A stretch of DNA of 64,000 bases, taken from NCBI GenBank assembly GCA_964016885.1, contig OZ024744.1:24614001-24678000 (forward strand), read 5' to 3'. A model generated the notes under the pieces. It saw only the letters and a list, made by a program, of their open reading frames with translations, made no database searches and was not told where the DNA came from. The translations under genes were made by a program, and so were the position numbers. This document shows positions 28,301 to 39,800 of this stretch, in pieces; position 1 is the first letter of the stretch, and each line of letters starts with the position of its first letter. Origin of the DNA: Eledone cirrhosa (Eukaryota).

Positions 28301-31300
28301 GTGGGTGTGGTGATGTTGTTGTGGTGATGGTGATTGTGGTGATGCTGGTTGTGGTGGTGGTTGTGGTGATGGTGGTTGTGGTGATGGTTGTGGTGATGGT
28401 GGTTGTGGTGATAGTGATTGTAGTGGTGTTGGTTGTGTTGATGGTGATTGTGGTGATGGTGGTTGTGGTGATGGTGGTTGTGGTGATGGTTGATGTGGTG
28501 ATGGTATTTGTGGTGATGGTGGTTGTGTGGTGGTTGTGGTGGTGGTGATTTTGGAGATGGTGGTTCTGGTGAGGGTGTGTGTGGTGATGGTGGTTGTGGT
28601 GATGGTGATTGTGGTGATGGTGGTTGTGGTGATGGTGGTTGTGGTGATGGTTGTAGTGTTGATGGTTGTGGTGATGGTGATTGTGGTGATGTTGTTGTGG
28701 TGATGGTGATTGTGGTGATGGTTGTGGTGATGGTGGTTATGGTGGTGGTTGTGACGTTGGTGGTTGTAGTGGTGGTGGTTTGATGTAATGGTCGTTGTAG
28801 TGGTGGTGGTTGTGGTGATCGTTGTGGTGATGGTGGGCGTGGTGATGGTGATTGAGGTGATGGTTGCGGTGATTATGGTTGTGGTGATGGTGGTTATGTT
28901 GATGGTGTTTGTTGTGATGGTGGTGATGGTGATTGTGGTTGTGGTGGTGGTTGTGGTGATGGTGGTTGTGGTGATGGTGGTTGTGGTGATGGTGGTCATG
29001 GTGGTTGTGGTGATGGTGGTTGTGGTGATGGTGGTTGTGGTGATGGAGGTTGTGGTAATGGTTGTGGTGATGGTGGTTGTGGTGATGGTGGTTGTAGTGG
29101 TGGTGGTTGAGGTGATGGTTTGTTGTGCTGATGGTGGTTGTGGTGATGGTTGTGGTGATGGTGTTTGTGGTGGTGGTTGTGGTGATAGTGGTTGTGGTCA
29201 TGGTGGTTGTAGTGGTCGTGGTTGAAGTGATGGTTTCCTGTGCTGATGGTAGTTGTGGTGATGGTTGTGGTGATGGTGTTTGTGGTGGTGGTTGTGATGG
29301 TGGTTGTGGTGATGGTTGTTGTGGTGATGGTGGTTGTGCTGATAGTGGTTTTGGTGATGGTGGTTGTGGTGGTGGTTGTGGTGATGGTTGTGGTGTTGGT
29401 GGTTGTGCTGATGGTGGTTGTGCTGATGGTGGTTGTTGTGATGGTTGTGCTGATGGTGGTTGTAGTGATGGTTGTGGTGATGGTTGTGCTGATGGAGGTG
29501 GTTGTGGTGATGGTGGTTGTCGTGATGGTATTGGTGATGGTGGTTGTGGTGGTGGTTGTGGTGATGGAGGTTGTGTTGATGGTTGTGGTGATGGTGGTTG
29601 TGGTGATGGTGGTTGTAGTGGTGGTGGTTGAGGTGATGGTTTGTTGTGCTGATGGTGGTTGTGGTGATGGTTGTGGTGATGGTGGTAGTGGTGTTGGTGG
29701 TTGTGGTGATGGTGGTTGTGGTGATGGTGGTTGTAGTGGTGGTGGTTGAGGTGATGGTTTGTTGTGCTGATGGTGGTTGTGGTGATGGTTGTGGTGATGG
29801 TGTTTGTGGTGATGGTGTTTGTGGTGGTGGTTGTGGTGATAGTGGTTGTGGTGATGGTAGGTGTGGTGATGGTGGTTGTGTTGGTGTTTGTGGTGATGGT
29901 GGTTGGGTGATGTTGGTTGTGGTGATGTGGTTGTGGTGATGGTGGTGTGGTGATGGTGGTTGTGGTGATGGTGGTTGTGATGATGGTTGTAGTGGTGGTG
30001 ATTGTGGCGATGGTGGTTGTGGTGATGGTGGTTGTGGTTATGGTTTTAGTGGTGATGGTTGTGGTGGTCGTGGTTGTGTTGATTGTGGTTGTGGTGATGG
30101 TGGTTGTGGTGATGGTGTTTGTGGTGGTTGTAGTGGTGGTGTTTGTGGTGTTGGTGGTTGTGGTGATGGTGGTTGTGGTGGTGGTTGTGGTGATGGTGTT
30201 TATTGTGATGGTGGTTGTGGTGGTGGTTGTGGTGATGTTGGGTGTGGTGATCGTGGTTGTGGTAATGGTGGTTGTGTTGGTGGTTGTGGTGATGGTGGTT
30301 GTGGTGATGGTGGTTGTGGTGGTGGTGGTTGTGGTGGTGGTGGTTGTGGTGATGGTTGTGGTGATGGTGATTTTGGTGATTGTTATGGTGGTGGTGGTTG
30401 TGGTGATGGTGGTTGTTGTGATGGTGGCTGTGTTGGTGTTTGTGGTGATGGTGCTGGTGGTGACGGTGGTTGTGCTGATGGTGGTTGTTGTTATGGTGAT
30501 TGTGGTGATGGTTGTTGTGGTGGTGGTTGTGGTGATGTTGGTTGTAGTGGTGGTGGTTGAGGTGATGGTTTGTTGTGCTGATGGTGTTTGTGGTGATGCT
30601 GTTTGTGGTGGTTGTTGTGGTGATAGTGGTTGTGATGATGTTGCTTGTAGTGGTGGTTGTGATTTAGGTGGTTGTGGTGATGGTTGGGGTGGTGGTGGTT
30701 GTGTTGGTGGTTGTGGTGATGGTGATTGTGGTGATGGTGGTTGTGGTGATGGTGTTTGTGGCGATGGTGATTGTGGTGGTGGTTGTGGTGGTGGTGGTTG
30801 TGGTGATGGTGGCCGTGGTGATGATGGTTGTGGTGATGGATGTTGTGTTGGTGGTTGTGGTGATGGTGGGTGTGGTGATGTTGTTGTGGTGATGGTGATT
30901 GTGGTGATGCTGGTTGTGGTGGTGGTTGTGGTGATGGTGGTTGTGGTGATGGTTGTGGTGATGGTGGTTGTGGTGATAGTGATTGTAGTGGTGTTGGTTG
31001 TGTTGATGGTGATTGTGGTGATGGTGGTTGTGGTGATGGTGGTTGTGGTGATGGTTGATGTGGTGATGGTATTTGTGGTGATGGTGGTTGTGTGGTGGTT
31101 GTGGTGGTGGTGATTTTGGAGATGGTGGTTCTGGTGATGGTGTGTGTAGTGATGGTGGTTGTGGTGATGGTGATTGTGGTGATGGTGGTTGTGGTGATGG
31201 TGGTTGTGGTGATGGTTGTAGTGTTGATGGTTGTGGTGATGGTGATTGTGGTGATGTTGTTGTGGTGATGGTGATTGTGGTGATGGTTGTGGTGATGGTG

Positions 31301-34300
31301 GTTATGGTGGTGGTTGTGACGTTGGTGGTTGTAGTGGTGGTGGTTTGATGTAATGGTCGTTGTAGTGGTGGTGGTTGTGGTGATCGTTGTGGTGATGGTG
31401 GGCGTGGTGATGATGATTGTGGTGATGGTTGCGGTGATTATGGTTGTGGTGATGGTGGTTATGTTGATGGTGTTTGTTGTGATGGTGGTGATGGTGATTG
31501 TGGTTGTGGTGGTGGTTGTGGTGATGGTGGTTGTTGTGATGGTGGTTGTGGTGATGGTGGTAGTGGTGATGGTGATTGTGGCGATGGTGGTTGTGGTGAT
31601 GGTGGTTGTGGTTATGGTTTTAGTGGTGATGGTTGTGGTGGTCGTGGTTGTGTTGATTGTGGTTGTGGTGATGGTGGTTGTGGTGATGGTGTTTGTGGTG
31701 GTTGTAGTGGTGGTGTTTGTGGTGTTGGTGGTTGTGGTGATGGTGGTTGTGGTGGTGGTTGTGGTGATGGTGTTTATTGTGATGGTGGTTGTGGTGGTGG
31801 TTGTGGTGATGTTGGGTGTGGTGATCGTGGTTGTGGTAATGGTGGTTGTGGTGATGGTGGTTGTGGTGGTGGTGGTTGTGGTGATGGTTGTGGTGATGGT
31901 GGTTGTGGTGATGGTGGTTGAGGTGGTGGTTGTGGTGATGGTTGTAGTGGTGGTGGTTGTGGTGATTGTGGTTGTGTTGATGGAGGCTGTGTTGGTGGTT
32001 GTGGTGATGGTGGTTGTGGTGATGGTGGTTGTGGTGGTGGTGGTTGTGGTGGTGGTGGTTGTGGTGATGGTTGTGGTGATGTTGGTTGTAGTGGTGGTGG
32101 TTGAGGTGATGGTTTGTTGTGCTGATGGTGTTTGTGGTGATGCTGTTTGTGGTGGTTGTTGTGGTGATAGTGGTTGTGTTGATGTTGCTTGTAATGGTGG
32201 TTGTGATTTAGGTGGTTGTGGTGATGGTTGGGGTGGTGGTGGTTGTGTTGGTGGTTGTGGTGATGGTGATTGCGGTGATGGTGGTTGTGGTGATGGTGTT
32301 TGTGGCGATGGTGATTGTGGTGGTGGTTGTGGTGGTGGTGGTTGTGGTGATGGTGGCCGTGGTGATGATGGTTGTGGTGATGGATGTTGTGTTGGTGGTT
32401 GTGGTGAGGGTGGGTGTGGTGATGTTGTTGTGGTGATGGTGATTGTGGTGATGCTGGTTGTGGTGGTGGTTGTGGTGATGGTGGTTGTGGTGATGGTTGT
32501 GGTGATGATGGTTGTGGTGATAGTGATTGTAGTGGTGTTGGTTGTGTTGATGGGGATTGTGGTGATGGTGGTTGTGGTGATGGTGGTTGTGGTGATGGTT
32601 GATGTGGTGATGGTATTTGTGGTGATGGTGGTTGTGTGGTGGTTGTGGTGGTGGTGATTTTGGAGATGGTGGTTCTGGTGATGGTGTGTGTGGTGATGGT
32701 GGTTGTGGTGATGGTGATTGTGGTGATGGTGGTTGTGGTGATGGTGGTTGTGGTGATGGTTGTAGTGTTGATGGTTGTGGTGATGGTGATTGTGGTGATG
32801 TTGTTGTGGTGATGGTGATTGTGGTGATGGTTGTGGTGATGGTGGTTATGGTGGTGGTTGTGACGTTGGTGGTTGTAGTGGTGGTGGTTTGATGTAATGG
32901 TCGTTGTAGTGGTGGTGGTTGTGGTGATCGTTGTGGTGATGGTGGGCGTGGTGATGGTGATTGTGGTGATGGTTGCGGTGATTATGGTTGTGGTGATGGT
33001 GGTTATGTTGATGGTGTTTGTTGTGATGGTGGTGATGGTGATTGTGGTTGTGGTGGTGGTTGTGGTGATGGTGGTTGTGGTGATGGTGGTTGTGGTGATG
33101 GTGGTCATGGTGGTTGTGGTGATGGTGGTTGTGGTGATGGTGGTTGTGGTGATGGAGGTTGTGGTAATGGTTGTGGTGATGGTGGTTGTGGTGATGGTGG
33201 TTGTAGTGGTGGTGGTTGAGGTGATGGTTTGTTGTGCTGATGGTGGTTGTGGTGATGGTTGTGGTGATGGTGTTTGTGGTGGTGGTTGTGGTGATAGTGG
33301 TTGTGGTCATGGTGGTTGTAGTGGTCTAGGTTGAAGTGATGGTTTCCTGTGCTGATGGTAGTTGTGGTGATGGTTGTGGTGATGGTGTTTGTGGTGGTGG
33401 TTGTGATGGTGGTTGTGGTGATGGTTGTTGTGGTGATGGTGGTTGTGCTGATAGTGGTTTTGGTGATGGTGGTTGTGGTGGTGGTTGTGGTGATGGTTGT
33501 GGTGTTGGTGGTTGTGCTGATGGTGGTTGTGCTGATGGTGGTTGTTGTGATGGTTGTGCTGATGGTGGTTGTTGTGATAGTTGTGGTGATGGTTGTGCTG
33601 ATGGTGGTGGTTGTGGTGATGGTGGTTGTGGTGATTGTTGTGGTGATGGTGGTTGTGGTGATGGTTGTAGTGTTGATGGTGGTTGTGGTGGTGGTTGTGG
33701 TGGTGGTTGTGGTGATGGAGGTTGTGTTGATGGTTGTGGTGATGGTGGTTGTGGTGATGGTGGTTGTAGTGGTGGTGGTTGAGGTGATGGTTTGTTGTGC
33801 TGATGGTGGTTGTGGTGATGGTTGTGGTGATGGTGGTAGTGGTGTTGGTGGTTGTGGTGATGGTGGTTGTGGTGATGGTTGTAGTGGTGGTGGTTGAGGT
33901 GATGGTTAGTTGTGCTGATGGTGGTTGTGGTGATGGTTGTGGTGATGGTGTTTGTGGTGATGGTGTTTGTGGTGGTGGTTGTGGTGATAGTGATTGTGGT
34001 GATGGTAGGTGTGGTGATGGTGGTTGTGTTGGTGTTTGTGGTGATGGTGGTTGGGTGATGTTGGTTGTGGTGATGGTGATGTGGTTGTGGTGATGGTGGT
34101 GTGGTGATGGTGGTTGTGGTGATGGTGGTTGTGATGATGGTTGTAGTGGTGGTGGTTGTGGTGATGGTGGTAGTGGTGATGGTGATTGTGGCGATGGTGG
34201 TTGTGGTGATGGTGGTTGTGGTTATGGTTTTAGTGGTGATGGTGGTGGTGGTCGTGGTTGTGTTGATTGTGGTTGTGGTGATGGTGGTTGTGGTGATGGT

Positions 34301-36840
34301 GTTTGTGGTGGTTGTAGTGGTGGTGTTTGTGGTGTTGGTGGTTGTGGTGATGGTGGTTGTGGTGGTGGTTGTGGTGATGGTGTTTATTGTGATGGTGGTT
34401 GTGGTGGTGGTTGTGGTGATGTTGGGTGTGGTGATCGTGGTTGTGGTAATGGTGGTTGTGGTGATGGTGGTTGTGGTGGTGGTGGTTGTGGTGATGGTTG
34501 TGGTGATGGTGGTTGTGGTGATGGTGGTTGTGGTGGTGGTTGTGGTGATGGTTGTAGTGGTGGTGGTTGTGGTGATTGTGGTTGTGGTGATGGAGGCTGT
34601 GTTGGTGGTTGTGGTGATGGTGGTTGTGGTGATGGTGGTTGTGGTGGTGGTTGTGGTGATTGTTGTAGTGGTGGTGGTTGTGGTGATTGTGGTTGTGGTG
34701 ATGGAGGCTGTGTTGGTGGTTGTGGTGATGGTGGTTGTGGTGATGGTGGTTGTGGTTTGTGGTGGTTGTGGTGGTGGTGGTTGTGGTGATGGTTGTGGTG
34801 ATGGTGATTTTGGTGATTGTTATGGTGGTGGTGGTTGTGGTGATGGTGGTTGTTGTGATGGTGGCTGTGTTGGTGTTTGTGGTGATGGTGCTGGTGGTGA
34901 CGGTGGTTGTGCTGATGGTGGTTGTTGTTATGGTGATTGTGGTGATGGTTGTTGTGGTGGTGGTTGTGGTGATGTTGGTTGTAGTGGTGGTGGTTGAGGT
35001 GATGGTTTGTTGTGCTGATGGTGTTTGTGGTGATGCTGTTTGTGGTGGTTGTTGTGGTGATAGTGGTTGTGATGATGTTGCTTGTAGTGGTGGTTGTGAT
35101 TTAGGTGGTTGTGGTGATGGTTGGGGTGGTGGTGGTTGTGTTGGTGGTTGTGGTGATGGTGATTGTGGTGATGGTGGTTGTGGTGATGGTGTTTGTGGCG
35201 ATGGTGATTGTGGTGGTGGTTGTGGTGGTGGTGGTTGTGGTGATGGTGGCCGTGGTGATGATGGTTGTGGTGATGGATGTTGTGTTGGTGGTTGTGGTGA
35301 TGGTGGGTGTGGTGATGTTGTTGTGGTGATGGTGATTGTGGTGATGCTGGTTGTGGTGGTGGTTGTGGTGATGGTGGTTGTGGTGATGGTTGTGGTGATG
35401 GTGGTTGTGGTGATAGTGATTGTAGTGGTGTTGGTTGTGTTAATGGTGATCGTGGTGATGGTGGTTGTGGTGATGGTGGTTGTGGTGATGGTTGATGTGG
35501 TGATGGTATTTGTGGTGATGGTGGTTGTGTGGTGGTTGTGGTGGTGGTGATTTTGGAGATGGTGGTTCTGGTGATGGTGTGTGTGGTGATGGTGGTTGTG
35601 GTGATGGTGATTGTGGTGATGGTGGTTGTGGTGATGGTGGTTGTGGTGATGGTTGTAGTGTTGATGGTTGTGGTGATGGTGATTGTGGTGATGTTGTTGT
35701 GGTGATGGTGATTGTGGTGATGGTTGTGGTGATGGTGGTTATGGTGGTGGTTGTGACGTTGGTGGTTGTAGTGGTGGTGGTTTGATGTAATGGTCGTTGT
35801 AGTGGTGGTGGTTGTGGTGATCGTTGTGGTGATGGTGGGCGTGGTGATGGTGATTGTGGTGATGGTTGCGGTGATTATGGTTGTGGTGATGGTGGTTATG
35901 TTGATGGTGTTTGTTGTGATGGTGGTGATGGTGATTGTGGTTGTGGTGGTGGTTGTGGTGATGGTGGTTGTGGTGATAGTGGTTGTGGTGATGGTGGTCA
36001 TGGTGGTTGTGGTGATGGTGGTTGTGGTGATGGTGGTTGTGGTGATGGTGGTTGTGTTGGTGGTTATGTTGATGGTGGTTGTGGTAATGGTGGTTGTGGT
36101 GATGGTTGTGGTGATGGTGGTTGTGGTGATGGTGGCTGTGGTGATGGTGGTTGTGTTGATGGGTGTCGTGGTGTTGGTTGTTGTGGTGATGGCTGTGGTG
36201 ATGGTGGTTGTGGTGATGGTGGTTGTTGTGATGGTGGTGGTTGTGGTGGTAATTGTGGTGATGGGTGTCGTGGTGGTGGTGGTTGTGATGATGATGGTTG
36301 TGGTGATTGTGGTTGTGGTGGTGGTGGTGGTGATGGTGGTTGTGGTGATGGGTGTGGCGGTGGTGGTTGTTGTGATGGTGGTCATGGTGATTGTGGTCAT
36401 GGTGGTTGTGGTGATGGTGTTTGTGGTGATGGTGGTTGTGGTGATGGTGGTAGTGGTGATGTTGGTTGTGGTGATGGTGGTTGTGGTGGTGGTTGTGGTG
36501 ATAGTGGTTTTGGTGATGGTGATTGTGGTGATGGTGGTTGGGGTGATAGTTGTGGTGGTGGTGGTTGTGGTGATGGTGGTTGTTTTGATGGTGGTTGTGG
36601 TGATGGTGGTTGTAGTGGTGGTGGTTGTAGTGGTGGTGGTTGTTGTGACAGTGGTTGTGGTGATGCTGGTTGTGGTGATGGTGGTTGTGGTGATGGTGAT
36701 TTTAGTGGTGATGGTGGTTGTGGTGATGATGGTTGTGTCGATGATGATTGTGGTGATGGTTGTTGTGGTGGTGGTTGTGGTGATGGTGGTGATGGTGGTT
36801 GTGGCGATGGTTGTTGTGGTGGTGGTGGTTGTGGTGAAGT
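19350..36840 (+). repeat. Satellite domain B with a ~2.8 kb higher-order repeat (at least 6 copies)
   Basis: Marker GATTTAGG at 22560, 25330, 28096, 30661, 32205 and 35098 (spacings 2770, 2766, 2565, 1544, 2893). TTTTGGAGAT and GTTGAGGTGATGGTTTGTTGTGCTGA also recur. Confidence 0.9.
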
Positions 36841-39800
36841 GGTTGTAGTGATGGTGGTTGTGGTGATGGTGTTTGTGGTGAAGGTGATTTTGGTGATGGT
36901 GGTTGTGGTGATGCTTGTAGTGGTGGTGATTGCGTTTGTGGTGGTTGTGGTATTGGTGGTTGTGGTGATGGTGGTTGTGGTGATGATAGTTGTGTTGATG
37001 GTGGTTGTGCTGGTGGTTGTGGTGATGGTGATTGTGGTGATGGTGGTTGTTGTGATGGTTGTGGTTATGGTGGTTGTGGTGGTGGTTGTGATGATGGTGG
37101 TTGTGGTGATGATTGTGGTGATGGTGGTTGTGGTGTTGGTGGTTTTGGTGATGGTGATTGTGGTGATGGTGGTTGTGGTGATGGTGGTTGTGGTGGTGGT
37201 TGTGGTGTTGGTGGTTGTGGTGATGGTGGTTGTGGTGATGGTGGTTGTTTTGATGGTGGTTGTGGTGATGGTGGTTGTGGTGGTGGTGATTGTAGTGGTG
37301 GTGGTTGTGGTGATAGTGGTTGTGGTGATGGTGGTTGTGGTGGTGGTGGTTTGTGGTAATGGTGGTTGTGGTGATGGTGGTTGTGGTGGTGGTGATTGTA
37401 GTGGTGGTGGTTGTGGTGATAGTGGTTGTGGTGATGGTGGTTGTGGTGGTGGTGGTTTGTGGTAATGGTGGTTGTGGTGATTGCGGTTGTGGTGATGGTG
37501 GTTGTGGTGATAGTGGTTGTGGTGATGGTGGACGTGGTGATGGTGGATGTAGTGATGTTGGTTGTGGTGATGGTTGTGGTGATGGTGGTTGTGTTGGTGG
37601 TTGTGGTGATGGTGGTCGTGGTTATGGTGGTTGTGGTGATGGTGTTTGTGGTGATAGTGGTTGTGGTGATGGTGGACGTGGTGATGGTGGTTGTGTTGGT
37701 GGTTGTCGTGTTAAGTGGTTGTGGTGGTGGTTGTGATGATGGTAGTTGTGGTGATGGTTGTGGTGATGGTGGTTGTGGTGATGGTGGTTTTGGTGATGAA
37801 TGGGGTGATGGTGGTTGTGGTGATGGTGGTTGTGGTGATGGTTGTGGTGATGGTGGTAGCGGTGATGGTGGTTGTGGTGATGGTGGTTGTGGTGATGGTG
37901 ATTCTGGTGATGGTGGTTGTGTTGGTGGTTGTTGTGATGGTGGTTGTGGTGATTGTGGTTGCGGTGGTGGTCGTGGTGATGGTGGTTGTGGTGCTGGTTG
38001 TGGTGGTGGTGGATTTGGTGATGGTGGTTGTGGTGATGGTGGTTGTGGTGATGGTGGTTGTGGTGGTGGTTGTGGTGATGGTGGTTGTGGTGATGGTTGT
38101 GGTGATGGTTGTGGTGATGGTGGTTGTGGTGGTGGTGGTTGTGGTTTTGGTGATGGTGGTTGTGGTGATGGTGATTGTGGTGATGGTTGTGGTGATGGTG
38201 GTTGTGGTGATGGTGGTTGTGGTGGTTGTGGTGGTGGTGGTTGTGTTGATGGTGTTGGTGATGGTGGTAATTGTGGTGATGGTTGTCGTGGTGGTGGTTG
38301 TGGTGTTGGTGGTTTTGGTGATAGTGTTTGTGGTGATGGTGGTTGTGGTGATGGTTGTGGTGGTGGTTGTGGTGGTGGTGATTGTAGTGGTGGTGGTTGT
38401 GGTGATGGTGGTTGTGGTGATGGTGATTGTGGTGATGCTGGTTGTGGTGATGGTGATTGTGGTCATGGTGGTGGTGGTGGTGGTGGTTTTTGTGGTGATG
38501 GTGGTTGTGGTGATGGTGGTAACGGTAATGGTGGTTGTGGTGATGGTGTTTGTGGTGATGGTGATTGTGGTGTTGGTGGTTGTGGTGATGGTTGTGGTGA
38601 TGGTGGTTGTGGTGATGGTAGTTGTGGTGATGGTGGTGGTTGTGGTGATGGTGGTTGTGGTGGTGGTTGTGGTGATGGTGGTTGTGGTGATGGTAGTTGT
38701 GGTGATGGTGGTTGTGGTGATGGTGGTTGGGTGGCGGTTGTGGTGATAGTGGTTGTGGTGATGGTGATTGTGGTGATGTTGGTTGTGGTGATGGTGGTTG
38801 TGGTGATGGTTGTGGTGATGGTGGTTGTGGTGATGGTGGTTGTGGTGATGTTGGTTGTGCTGATGATGGTTGTTGTGATGGTGGTTGTAGTGGTGCTGGT
38901 TGTGGTGGTGGTTGTGGTGATGGTGGTTGTGGTGACGGTGATTGTGGTGATGGTGGTTGTGCTGATGGTAGTTGTGGTGATGGTGCTTGTGGTGATGGTA
39001 GTTGTGGTGATGGTGATGGTTGTGGTGATGGTGGTTGTGGTGGTGGTTGTGGTGATGGTGGTTGTGGTGATGGTAGTTGTGGTGATGGTGGTTGTGGTGA
39101 TGGTAGTTGTGGTGATGGTGGTCGTTGTGGTGATGGTGGTTGTGGTGGTGGTTGTGGTGATGGTGGTTGTGGTGATGGGTGTGGTGGTGGTGGTGGTTGT
39201 GGTGATGGTGGTTAGAATGATGGTTGTGGTGATGGTGGTTGTGGTGATGGTGGTGGTGGTAATTGTGGTGATGGGTGTCGTGGTGGTGGTGGTTGGGGTG
39301 ATGATGGTTGTGGTGATGGTGATTGTGGTGATGGTGTTGGTGGTGGTGGCTGTGGTGATGGTGGTTGTGGTGATGGTGGTTGTGGCGATGGTGGCTGTGG
39401 TGGTTGTGGTTGTGGTGATGGTGGTTGTGGTGATGGTGATTGTTGTGATGGTGGTTGTGGTGATGGTTGTAGTGGTGGTGGTTGTGTTGATGGTCGTTGT
39501 GCTGATGGTGGTTGTGATGATGGTGGTTGTGCTGATGGTTGTGGTGGTGGTTGTAGTGGTGGTGATTGTGGTGATGGTGATTGTGGTGATGGTGGTTGTG
39601 TTGATGGTGGTTGTGGTGGAGTTGTTGTGGTGATGGTGATTGTGGTGATGCTACTGTGGTAATGGTGGTTGTGGTTGTGGTTGTGGTGATGGTGGTGGTT
39701 CTGGTGATGGGGGTTGTGGATATGGTGTTGGTGATGGTGGTTGTGGTGATGGTGGTTGTGGTGATGGTGGTTATGGTGGTGGTGGTTATGGTGGTGATGG

